DNA of 64,000 nucleotides from Piromyces finnis finn (taxonomy: Eukaryota > Fungi > Neocallimastigomycota). Position numbers and translations under genes: made by a program. The notes beneath the pieces were generated by a model, which saw only the letters and a program-made list of their open reading frames with translations, ran no database searches and had not been told where the DNA came from. The stretch is taken from positions 682,001 to 746,000 of the forward strand of contig MCFH01000001.1 in assembly GCA_002104945.1 (NCBI GenBank). The letters are read 5' to 3'. Shown here piece by piece: positions 15,144-28,332 of this stretch; within the stretch, counting starts at the first letter, position 1; every line of letters begins with the position of its first letter.

Positions 15144-16433
15144 GTTATGATGTGGCAGCAAATTCATTTAACAATTGTATTCGTATAAACCATATACATC
15201 TTTTTTTTTTTTTTAAAAAAAAAAAAAAAACAACCAAAAAATCATTTGAATAATTTATTAAAATTTCGAATATATATAATTTTTATTAAGCAATTATTTA
15301 CCATATAAAAAAAAAAATGTAATATTTAGTAATATATATAATATAATTTTTTTTTATTTTTCTTAATATAATATTTCTTTTAATATATAATTTTTTTTTA
15401 AATAAACATATAATATACATAAAAAAAGGTGTCTTTTTTTTTTTTTTTTATAATATTTAGTGTTTTTTTTTTTTCTTAATAAAAAGTAATATTATTAAAT
15501 ATACATATATTTATTTATTTTCTATAAAATAGAGTTATAATTAATATCATAATCAAATTATATCAAGTCCAATAATATATAAATATATAAAATAATTATT
15601 CATTCCCAATTTTTATTATGAGAACAAAAGTAATTGTAGTAAATAGTATTTCGTAGAAATTTACGGTTTCTTAAAGATTCAAAGATGTTTTTTTTTTTTT
15701 TTTTTTTTTTTATAATATTTAACCACATAATCTATTTCATAGCAATAGGTATGATTCATTTATGGGAAGACCATTAAAACAATAGTATAAAAATATTTTT
15801 TGAAATGTCTATAATAAATTAAAATAGGATTAAAACAAATTAAACCCTCATGCAAAATGAAGATATTAATATATGAATAATAAATCTTAAAATTTTTATG
15901 TCAAAGGTTTTATTATAAATTAAAATTATACATATTATCATAGATAAAAATGAAAAAAACAAAATAATCATTAAAACTTAATTTCTTATTAATTATATTT
16001 ATTTTATTATTATTATTTTTTTTTTGTTATTATTATTTTTTATTATTATTATTTCATTTTATAAAAAATATTGAGATTAATATAGCTTATACTTTTTTTT
16101 TTTTTTAATTAATGATAAAAAGTTGTCTCATTGATATAATCAAGAATATATTATATATAATCTAGAAAATATTTAAAAAAGAAAAAAAAAATAAATATAT
16201 ATATATATATATATAATATAGAATATATGATTCATTAATATAATTATTAGATATTCTTATCAAATATAAAATATAATAGATTTGGAACAGGTCAAATAAC
16301 AAATTTATATTATTCAATACATAAAGTATTAATAAAAGTAATTTAATTCAAAAATTTATATATATATAAAAAGAAACAAAGAATAATAACAAATATACTA
16401 AAAGGAAAAGGGAGATAAAAAAAAAAAAAAAAG

Positions 16434-19400
16434 ATGATATCAGGACCAGTGAATACTGGAAAAAGAGTAGCGAAACAAGGATGGGTTTATAAAAAGGGAG
16501 GAAATCATTTTTTGTCAAAATGGCGTTTGAAATGGTTTGTTTTATTTGATAAACCAATTGTAGAACTTCATATATACGATAAACGTGATCACGCGGTACA
16601 AGCAACACATCCAAAACATTTAATCAATCCAGAAAATACAATTATTGAAGTTCCTAATGAAACTATAAATTTAAGTAAAGGTCTTTTAAGAAAATCAGAA
16701 AAAATATTACCTTTTATTATCATTACTAAGAATAAAAAAGTAATAATAAAACAAATATCTTTTATTTATTTTTATTAAAAAAAATGATAATGTATATTAT
16801 AACAAACTTCATATAAATTAATAATATTATAATATTAAATGTTAATCATGGAAACACTATTATTATTATTATTATTTTTTTTTGTTTTTATTAATCTTTA
16901 TTTAAACTATTGTATTATATATTACTAATTTTTCAATTAAAAAAAAATGATATATAAATTCATTGACAACAATAATAAATAAATATGGTAAAAAAAGTAT
17001 TATTTTGCTGGACAAACCAAGTTAGATCGTGAAGAATGGATTAAGGTTCTTCAGAATTCCAGTGCATCCACTGTTGTTACTTCAAAAGCTAATAAAGTTG
17101 GAGATGATGAAGAATTATATTCAGTATATTCAGAAGATACTGCTTCGTCATTTTCCGGATCAGCTTATTCTCAAAGTTATGTTTCAGGAAATGAAGCTGA
17201 AAATGGATATACATCTGTTAGCGTTTTGGTAAAGATTATATAAAAAAAATTTTTTAATTATATTTTATTTCGTATTCCATTTTATGAATTATTTAAGACT
17301 TTTAAAGAAATAATAATAATATATATATTATAATATATATTTATTATTATCATAACTAATAAATTTAAATAAATATTAATTATTTAATAGTCTATTGGTG
17401 ATACATCTATTTTAACGTCAGATGAGTTGAATCATTTAAATAGACCAGATGCACATCTTATTACCGCGTAAATAGTATTTTTTTATTGTTAATTCTAATA
17501 CTAAAAAAAAAAAACTAGTTTAACAAATATGAATTAGATAAAAGTATAACAGTAATAGAATTAAAAAAATTTTTATATAATATAAATAATATATATCATT
17601 TTTTAGAGCTCAAAGAATGGATGATTTTAGAAAAAAACAAGGTTAATAATTAGTTTATTATTCATTTATTATTAAACATTTCTAAAAATAATCATATAGA
17701 ATATTTTTAATATATATTTGATGACTATTATTAAAATGGTTATAAAATATTAACTCTAAAATAAATAGAATCAAGCAATTCTCCAAAATCTAAAGACTTT
17801 TTAAATCCAGGAGGTACAAATCGTATATTTATAAATATCAATTTTTCCTTTAATAATATTTCTAAATAATTATATATATAGATAAATGGAATGAAAAGTA
17901 TCAACAATTAATTTCAATAACTGATAATGATAGGGATAATACATTTTTACAAAAGAGTAGGTTTTTTTTTAATATAATTAATAATGCTATTTTTAATTGC
18001 AATAAAATATACATAGTATATTTAATAAATCTAAAGTATAAGATTTGCAAATTTTTTTAAAAAAAGAAAAATATTAAAAATAAAATTAATAAAATACAAT
18101 TATTTTTTTTATCATATATGAAAAAAAATTAATGCATTTTAAAAAAGATATTAAGATTTGTGAATTAGTTGGTGCCTTCCAAGAAGCTTCCCAATACTAT
18201 GGAAGAAAAATTATTGATGAATTACATTCATCATCAAATAATTCTGATTCAATTGATTCATCGCCAAAAAAATATTTATATGGGGAAATATTTTTCCAAT
18301 TTGCTACTGACTATGAAAGTAAATGAAAAAAAAATATACATATTAATATATTTTTTTTAAAATTATTTTTATAGTAATATTTTTATAAAATTTAAAATAA
18401 AAATTTTGATTTTAAGTAATATTAAAATAACCTGATTTTTATTTATTTATTAAATAATGAATAAATATTTTTTTTTTAAAATTAAAAAAAAAAGATGAAG
18501 ATATTAATGTTATTAATGCTGAAGTATCCAAAACAAATCAAGAATTAAAAGCAATAAATGCTATCAATAAATTAAAATCTGATGTATGTACAGCATTATT
18601 TTGTCTTGTTGACTATAAAGGATTCCGTTTAGTTGCTTGTGCATTAATGCCATTGGACGAAAACGTATATATATATAATATTCCCATCTATATTAATATA
18701 TAATTTTAATTTATTCTTTCAAATAATATGAAGATCAAGAATATACAAAAACAAAAAAGAAAATTAAATAAAAAATTTTTTTTTATACTTTATCATTAAA
18801 TATTTTAATTAGAACTCACTTTTATTTGATTTAACGTCAGAGGAACATAAAATAGATAACAATGCAATTTGCATGATTAACGAAATTGGAAATAAATTAA
18901 ACTTGAAAGATCATATCCTTTTTTTCATATATATTTTTTAAATATTGGATTATATAAAATAATATACTTTATATATTTTATTTTATATTATTTTCAATTT
19001 ATATTATAAATATTAATTGTTAATAGTCCTTAATAAATATTTACATCAAGTTATTCTAGACGATAGTCAAAGAATTACTATTAATCTTTCTGGAACTGTT
19101 GAAGTAAATAATATAATTGATTTTTTTTCTGTTAAAAATATTATTAATTCTTTACAAATTGTATTCCTTATTATTAATTCAATCTTTTTTTTTTTTTTTA
19201 AAAAAAATAGGTTTATTATAGCCAACCAACCAACAAATTTTACTTTTTGAATTTATGTGATGTTTTCCCAGTGGATTGTGATAATATAGATGACTTAGAT
19301 AATATTAATGTTCAAAATCGATTAAGACCAGAATTTATTAAAACGCATAAGGCTCAACTTTGTTCTGATGTATTTTCAGAATTTCAAATGAATAAGAAAG

Positions 19401-22025
19401 AAGTTGATGGTTTTGAAGCAGATTTAGTTGAAGCTGGTAGTTACTTGAAAGATGTTATTATTCCTCAATTTGTTAGTCAATTAGATGATTTACAAATAAT
19501 ACCATTGGATAGTGAAGAATTTACGAATACAATTCATGAAAATGGAATTAATGTTAGATATTTAGGTAATTAAAAAAAAAAAAATTTTTTTTATTTGGCT
19601 TTGGTGTTGGTTTTGGTGTGTGTGGAAAGTTGAATTCTAAATAAATAAAAATATATAATAATTATTAAAAATTATTCATTTTTTTTCTATTTCATATCAT
19701 AATTTTATTTATTTTTTTTTATGGAAAAATAGGTTTAATCGCAAAACTTACAAAATTACCATATATTAGAGATTTCTGTTATTCTGAAATGGTTGCAAGA
19801 ACTTGTAAACACATATTTAATGATAAATTAAGAAAAATAGTTTATCATTTCAAGAGTATTGAAGCTTCAAAAATTGATGAAGAAATTCAAACATTTATAA
19901 TTAATTTATTCCAAACTGTTCTTGGAAATAGTCCAAAAGCTAAAAATGTAAATTATATTATTAATAAATAATTATTTATAGTACTTTATATATATATATA
20001 TATTATATAGAGATGTCCTAATTTCAAGGATAGATAGATGATTTTTATTTTTTTTCTAAAATATTCCTATTAATCAGTTTTTTTTATCCCTTTATATTAA
20101 TAATACATACATATATTCATACATTAGTTCTGGAAAGAAAATATTGAAGATATGGTCAATAAAAAATTTAATAGCAAATTAGATTATCAAGCTTTTCAAA
20201 ATATGCATAAACCAATGCTTTTTATGAGCATGCAATATCATGTATATATTTATATATTTATATTTATATTTTTTAAACTTTATTTTCCTCTAATTTTTAT
20301 AAATCAAATTTCTAATTCTACTTATTTTACTATAATATTCTATATTTATAAAAAAAATGATGATATTGTATAAAATATAAAATGTTTTTTTTTTTCTTTA
20401 AAAAAGTGTGGAGTTATTTTTGAAGATACAACAGATTATGATTTCAAACTTCCTAATCCATTTTCAAAGGAGAATTTTATTGGATTTAGTTCAAAGGTAA
20501 AGACCGTTAATGCTAATTTTGAAGTAGCCGAAAGATTATCCGTAGAAGAAAAGGAAGTCTATGATTTAGGTATTCATTTTTCATCCCTCGGTAGTAAATT
20601 AAAGCTTTCTAAAAATAATAAGACAGCGATGAGATTCCTAGGATTAGCTAAATATTATAATAGTATAGGAAAGTATGAAGAAGCCAAGATTTATGGTAAT
20701 TCCGCTTTAAATTTAGTTCATAAGAATCATGCCTATTACGCATTAATTTTAGAATGTTTAATGGAAACTTGCTTTATGCATTCAGAATTCGTGGATATTG
20801 AAACTACAAATAATAATGAAAATTCCGAAAATACCAATAATTTAGAGAATGGTGAACAAAACCTTCAAGATCCGGAACAAGAACAAACGACTACTACGAT
20901 TGAACATACAAATAAAACCTCTAGAGGATATGCTGTTGATGAAAATGTTTTAGATTTATATAATGAAGCTCTTGATGCCATTAGATTCCATTTAAGTGAA
21001 GATCATATTTATTATATTAATATACATAGTAAATTATCTGAATTATATGTTAAATGTGAAGATTATGAACATGGTTATGAAGTTCATAATGAATGTTTAG
21101 AAGCAGCATATAAATTATTAGGAAAGAATCATCAATTAACTGCAAAACATGTTTCAAAGGTAAAATTTAAAAAAAAAAATTTTTTTATAAAATTATATTC
21201 AATATCATAATATGTATCTATCCATATACTTTATAAGAATCTTTTTTTTTTTTTTTTTAATACTTTTCCCTTTAATTTTATTTAATAAAAAATAATATTA
21301 ATATGCTATATATATTTTTCTTTATTTCATTAAAAAAATATTTTTATTTAAAGGTTGGAAATTATTTACTAACCTTAAAGAGAACAGATGAAGCAATACA
21401 AAAGTATTTAGAAGCTATTCAAATATTTGAAGGCATTGGAACGGATGTAAATATTGAAGTTATATCTATTATTCATCATTCCATTGCTGATGCCTATTTC
21501 CAAAAAGATGATGTTGACAATGCTATTGTTCATAGTATGGAAGCCAGAAAATTAAAAGAAAAATGTTTTGGACAATATCATCCTCAAACCGTAAATACAT
21601 ATCGTCAATTAGCCAAACTTGTATTAGCTAATTATACCAATTATCAAGGAGTTATCACTCCACAAATCAAAAAAAGTATTGAAATTGCTATCAATTGTTA
21701 CGAACGTGTATTTAAATATCTTAAATCCAGAAAAGATTTTGGTAAACAAAATGTAGCCTTATTAACTTTAATTAGAACCTTGATTGGATTAAAATTTAAA
21801 CTTTTCAATACCCGTCAAAGAGAAATTTTAAGAAATGTTCGTCAAAGTGATAAAGTTTATTCTCAAGAATCCGTAAGAGATGTTATATTGAAATTAGTTC
21901 ATTTGACTCCTGTAATAGTTATTGATGAAATATTACAAAAACTAGAAGATAAAGATGAAAGTAGTATTAATGAATTAGGTATTATTGTTCAAATTGCTGA
22001 ATCGGAAGATATTACATTTGCTTAG
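16434..22025 (+). CDS. PH domain + Clu (clustered mitochondria/TIF31-like) + CLU-central + TPR protein, many exons
   Basis: PH: KQGWVYKKGGNHFLSKWRLKWFVL...YYFAGQTKLDREEWIKVL. Clu-like blocks: KWNEKYQ, KKYLYGEIFFQFATD, LVDYKGFRLVACA, RLRPEF, IPLDSEEFTNTIHENGINVRYLG, EMVARTCKHIF. TPR-like helices in ORFs 20629..21210 and 21303..22025. The start codon is uncertain. Confidence 0.72.
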
Positions 22026-22378
22026 ATTAATCTAAACAATAATAATTAAAAAACAAAAACGAAAACACATAGATATATATAAAAAACATAAACAAAAACA
22101 AATATATATATAAAGCAAGTATCAACAACAAAAAAGCAAGACTTTATTTTTTTTTTTTTTATATTTTTTTATCATTCAAAAAAATGTTTAAATTTTTTAT
22201 TTTTTAAAATATGTATTTCAACAAATATAAATATATTATATACATATATATATACATATATATTTTTTTTATTAAAGATAAAATACATTTATATTTAGTA
22301 AAAATAAAATAAAATATTATTAATAATATATGCTATTATTATAAATAATTATGAGTATTGTAAAGTTTTATTAAAAAA

Positions 22379-22432
<54 letters not shown>

Positions 22433-22659
22433 GGCATCAAATATTTTAAACTTTATTATTGATTTAATTAAAATTATAATACATGTAATAAAAAAATTAA
22501 ATATAAAAAAAAAATATGTTTAAATAAACACAAATGAATAAAAATTGGGTATAATGTATTCTAGTAATTTTAATTAAAGTAAGAAAGCCACTATCATACT
22601 AAAGTATAATAATTGTATTTGACTTCCAATGGGACACCGAGCCAAAGATCAAAATTTTG

Positions 22660-25600
22660 TCATGGAACAAAATTATGATCTCCATTGGTTGCGCTGGCCC
22701 TCCTGGCCTGTCTTACTGTTTCTTCAGCATTGACGCTCTTGGATGTTGCTTCAAACCTTTTGAACATTGTCCATTGCTGGCCAATAGCAAAAGGCATGAT
22801 TTTGGTTAGAAGTTCCGCGGTTACCGTCAAGAATGGTGTTCCTTCGTTAGTACCAGATTGAATCTGACGCTTACAAAGTTCTTTCCATTTCCTTGAATTG
22901 TAATTAATATTGTTAAAACTTCTTCCCCCAAGAAGGAATTTAAATATTTTACTGCACACACTAGAATAATCATACACATTAATATTCACCGGATTATTAG
23001 AACTATTACTATCATTAACTAAATTACTATCTAAATTAGAATTATTATCTTTACTATTGTTATTATTACTATTGTTATTATTACTGTTACTACTATTGTT
23101 ATTATTACTATTGTTATTATTACTATTGTTACTATTACTATTGTTATTACTACTATTGTTACTATTACTATTAATGTTATTGCTATCTCTACTGATATTA
23201 ACATTTTCATTATTATTGATAGGACTATTGGAATTACGTTGACTGAAAAAATTTAATAGCTGGACTATGGAATCATAATGTTTAATACGGATATCTCTAA
23301 ATGTTGGACAATCTAATAACCAATGTTTAATACTTTGATCTCCACACTTGCAACATGGACAGTAGTTAGGACAAACTGGATCAACAAATTTAGCAGCTTT
23401 GGCAACTCTAGCATCCAACTTGTATCCGCTTCTTGCTTTCAAGAGCCAGTAGAAGCCATAGGCAAACTCTGGGTACTCATAACATAATTTGATAAAATCT
23501 TTAGTTTCAATAAATTTATTATCATCATAATATTGCGCTTTGATTGAATTCCCTTTGAGATCTTTCCAATAAAAGTTTTTAACTGCTTTAACATCTCCAT
23601 GTTTCTTTAATTTTTTATCAAGTGTCCTACTTGATTTGCACTACGTGTATTTTCTAAATTTAGGAATGTAATTGACAAGGTATGAGATAATACAATTTGA
23701 GTTTTTCCATTTGTTAAAACATCTAACCTGAGCTAACGCACATTTGGCTGACAATGGAGGAATATTCAAATCTTTTGAGATAGAGTATAAAGACATAAAC
23801 GATACAGCTTTATGAACTCCGGCAATCCATCGTATTCCTTTGTTAACATGCTTCTGAGCAATCCTAGACCTAGCTTTGTTGGATCCAAGTAATGGTGCAA
23901 AGTATGAAACTCTGCTAATCACTTGTGAGTTAAGTACTAGCTTTTTGAAGGGAATAGGAATATTAGGATTTCTTAAGAATTTACTGACTGAAAAAAGTCC
24001 TTTCAAAACCTTGTTATTAAGAGCTTTAATTACTGGTTTAAGGGACAGATTCTTATCAAATGGAACACCAAGATAAGTATAACAATCAGTAGTTGGAATG
24101 GGTTGTCCTGCTAAGTAAAATGTTGGATCTCTCTTGTTCTGATTTTCTATTGATTCAGGACGAATCACCATCGTTGAACATTTCTGGATACCAAATTCCA
24201 TTTCATTATACAAGGCCCATTCATTAACTCTTCTAAGCATCTTTTTTAAGCATCCTCTTGTTGGAGCACAAATAACTATATCATCTGCAAAAAGTCCACC
24301 ACAGCATCGAGTGTCACCTAAACTGACTCCGAGATCTTCGCACTCTTTAAATATATCATTAATAAAGAGATTAAAGAGAATAGGAGAAAGAGGGCATCCT
24401 TGACGGACTCCTTTCTTCACATCAAAAGATTTCGAGAATTGTCCATCTAATTTGACATTAGCCTTAGATGTTAAATATAAATTTTTGATGAATTGTAAAC
24501 TCTTACCTCGGATTCCTAAACAATCTAATTTATGGAGAATATTACCGATTGGGACTGAATCGTATGCTTTCCTGAGATCTAAAAAGGCCAAATATGTCTC
24601 TTTATTATCTAATTGACGTCTACGGCATATTTCTTGGATTGAGATGAAAAGACTGATACTTTCTTCCTTTTTTCGAAAACCAAATTGTTCAGGTCTAATG
24701 AAATTATTCTTTAAACCATATTCTGAGATTCTAGTGGTGACAATTTTGGAAATCAACTTAATGCCATTATTGATAAGTGATATACCTCGATAGTTATCAC
24801 AATCTGTCAAATCTCCCTTCTTAGGAATAGAAACAATACTGGATTCATTCCATGAGTTGGGGAAGTCTCCATCCCAAATACGGTTGAATAATTTAAGAAT
24901 AAAATTTAAACCATGAGCATCATTATCTGAAGTGGTATTACCAGAAGAATTATTATCTGTAGCATTATTAGAATCATTACTTGATGGAATTAATGCTTTG
25001 TAAAATTCAATTGGAATACCATCCGGACCTGATGCTTTATAATTTGGAGTAGTGAGGATAGCTGACTTGACTTCATCAATACTAATATCTTGGTTGATAT
25101 CCCACTCATCAAGCATAGGAAGTGAAAAACGTTTATTCGTTGGTTCTTCATACCAATGCTCTAAATCAAGACTTACACCACTTGGATCTGATGCAAGCTT
25201 TTCGAAATGATCATGCCACACATCTAGTTGTTCTTCCGTAGCAACAACTAATTCTCCATTTTTATTTTTAATTGGTTGAGCAATAAAGAAAGAATCTTTT
25301 CCAATTTTTGCAGTTTTCTTGATCCATTTCCAGGCCTTCTTAGGATTATGACTCTTCATATACTCACATCCTGTTTTAATCCAATGAAGATATTCTTGTT
25401 TCCTAAATTCATTACATCTTTTGTGGATGTAATCAATGAGCTTACGGTAGATTTTAATTCTTTTAATAAATTCATCTATATCATAAATTCTTTCTTTTTT
25501 AAATCTCTTATACAACTTCATTTTGATTTTTTGAAGATTAAAAATTTGTTGTGAAATATGAAATGAAGACTTTATAACATTATTTGCTGAGGTAATACTG

Positions 25601-27189
25601 AGCTCGTCTGCAATTGAAAAAGCAGTTGAAGTAAACTCTTTGGAAAGTTCATCTGTAGAAACATTAGGATCGTTGAATTTTGCTGAAAGAATTTGGAATT
25701 TATTATGACTAAGAATAGATTCCTTTTCCTCAATACATTTTAATCTATTCCATTTCAGAATTTTCTTAGGAACATTAAAGTCATTAGAAAAATCTTCCAT
25801 AGGAATAATTTTACCATTAATAAGAAGTGGCTTATGGTCTGATACAGGATAAAAATTATTTATAAATGATCCTGAGTGAATAAGATCTTTCATCTTCGAA
25901 TTGATAAGAGCATGGTCAATGTCGGAAGATTGATCACCTCGAGTCCAAGAGATAGTAGACCCTCTAAGCGGAAGAATTTCCCAATCTCCTAATCCATTAG
26001 TTGATAACCAGTTGGATAATTTTACTTTAGACATATTAAAATCACCAACAAGAATCGATGGATGGGATGAATGAGTTTGTAACCACAAGCGAGCTTCTAA
26101 CTTTGCATGATCAACATAGATGTTGTGATGACTATGAGGCATATAAACATTTCCAATCGAGCATTTGAATCTATTCCAGAGACTAAAAGTATAAATAGAA
26201 ATAATATACTTTCCAGAGAAGTTTTCAAGTGAAGCTTGACACGAATTGTGAAAACCTAAATATAAACCTCTCATTCCCGGAACTGATTCGTCAGCTTTCT
26301 TGAAAAAGTGTCTATAGTTTCGCAAAGTAACACGACAAGGATAATCTGTATTCGATCCAGAACCATTACCAGTTTCTTGGAAACATAAAAATAATGGTTT
26401 GAAAATAGCTGTGAAATAGCTAATACTATCTCTCTTTTCGTGATTCCACCCATTGGTGTTCCAACTAAGACAAAAAGAAAAGTTATCAGGCTTGTTGGAT
26501 GAGGAAGAATCGTTGCTATTATTATTATTATTAAAGTCATCGTTATTAATGGATGATGCATCAGAGGAATAAGTAGAACTATTATTAGATGGCTGTGAAA
26601 CTGAAGAACTATCAACTATTGAACTGTTATCAGAGTTGATAGAGCTATTAGAATTAATTGTTGAATGTTGAGATTGAAATTGTGTTTGCTGTAGATCTGG
26701 AATATTTTCATGATGGGAAACTTGTTGAAGATCTTGTTGAAGATCTTGTTGAAGATCGGATTGTTGATGAGATTGTTGAACTGATTGTTGAAATGATTGT
26801 TGAATAGAATGTTGATGTTTATTAGAAACTAAAATTTTACGTTTGAGAGTGGAAAAAGTGTATTTGTGATTCCTTCTACTACGAGCTGAAAAGGAAATTG
26901 AGGTAACTGAAAGTTTCTTCTTTAACATGTGTAAGATTTTAATACAATCTTTCGATGAACCATGAACCTTGACTAAGAAAAAGTGATAATTGAAAGTCTG
27001 AAAATATTTAACACTAATAACTGAATTAAATTTATCTTCTAGAATAACCTCGAGTTTTTCCCATAGCATATTTACTGACCATGATCGAATACCACGGATA
27101 AAGAAGGAGCGAATATCATCTAAGGGGATACCATAAGACCGGGTACCACGTCTGATATAATTCTTATCTTTAATATAAAGGACTGACAT
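22660..27189 (-). pseudogene. LINE polyprotein (N-terminal domain, APE endonuclease, reverse transcriptase, CCHC-like motif), ~1509 codons with one in-frame TAG at 23641-23643
   Basis: APE: CLSWNTNG, CFQET, LVGDFN, SDIDHAL, SDHKP. RT: YRGISL, QFGFR, FLDLRKAYDSV, GVRQGCPLSPILFNLFIND, LFADD, YTYLG. C-terminal CPCCKCGDQSIKHWLLDC. ORFs 23641..27189 and 22660..23442 share a frame, and the 66 codons between them are open. Confidence 0.9.
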
Positions 27190-27840
27190 GATAATTAATT
27201 CTAATTAAAAAATATTGAATATAAAATAAATACTAATAAAAATTATAAATATAACGTATATGGAAAAAAATCTGTCTCTCTCTCTCTTCTTAAAAGTACT
27301 GGATAGTACAAAAATTGTTACGATGCTTTGTTTAAAGTTTCTTTTTTTTTTTTTTGAATACTAGTTGTTAACTTTTTTTAAAAATTCTAGTTTTGGTTTG
27401 TTGTTAGTAAATTCGATTCGCTTTTTGACACTAAACTTGTTTGACTTTACTTATCATTAAATATTTAAATTGGTAAAAAATTTGAATCAAGAATGTCGAC
27501 ACCAGAAAGCTTGTGAATAGTATTTTTACATGATGTAGAGTGAATCAGTCTCTTACAAGAAACAATACAACAATAGCTACATGAATATAAAAATACAATG
27601 CAAATGCTAAAGTTGACTACATTGGATTCTTACAAGAGAAGAGTAGTACTACATGAATACATGAATAAAAGAAAAAAATACAGCAACAAAATGTATTACT
27701 CTTCTAATTAAATACTATACAAACTTACCTGAGTATCAAACATTCAACTTATTCATCAAATACTTAAATTCGATGAATAAAATGTTTTTTAATCGCTCAG
27801 TACCATGAGCTTAGTCCTAATAATTTTCCATTAAAGACTA

Positions 27841-28332
27841 ACCAAGCATCCATTGCGCAATGCTTGGATTTAATTCTTTCTACTCTCTCAGTACCATGAG
27901 CATGAGTAGACCCCCTTGATAAACTCCATTATTAAATAAATGAAGGCACGTTCCTAAGAGGACACCAAGCATCCATTGCGCAATGCTTGGATTTAATTCT
28001 TTCTACTCTCTCAGTACCATGAGCATGAGTAGACCCCCTTGATAAACTCCATTATTAAATAAATGAAGGCACGTTCCTAAGAGGGCACCAAGCATCCATT
28101 GCGCAATGCTTGGATTTAATTCTTTCTACTCTCTCAGTACCATGAGCATGAGTAGACCCCCTTGATAAACTCCATTATTAAATAAATGAAGGCACGTTCC
28201 TAAGAGGGCACCAAGCATCCATTGCGCAATGCTTGGATTTAATTCTTTCTACTCTCTCAGTACCATGAGCATGAGTAGACCCCCTTGAGAAACTACATTT
28301 ATTAAATAAATGAAGGCACGTACCCAAGAGGG
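27841..28332. repeat. Tandem array of four 123-bp units
   Basis: Unit starts (ACCAAGCATCC) at 27841, 27964, 28087 and 28210. The first three copies are near-identical and the fourth is slightly diverged. A partial upstream match (CTCAGTACCATGAGC) lies at ~27796. All six frames of the unit contain stops. Confidence 0.97.

Noticed and set aside
23057-23242. Poly-Leu ORF on the + strand
   Set aside because: It is the antisense reading of the Asn-rich triplet repeat inside the LINE ORF.
27721-27731. ACTTACCTG resembling the U1 snRNA 5' end
   Set aside because: No U1 stem-loops or Sm site follow. It is better explained as the complement of a splice-donor-like motif.
27950-28075. Hammerhead, HDV-like or twister ribozyme, or CRISPR array, in the 123-bp repeats
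   Set aside because: CTGAGAG...GAAA does not match CUGANGA at a three-way junction. No P1.1/P3 pseudoknot or twister core could be fitted by eye. The units are contiguous with no variable spacers and no cas genes are present.
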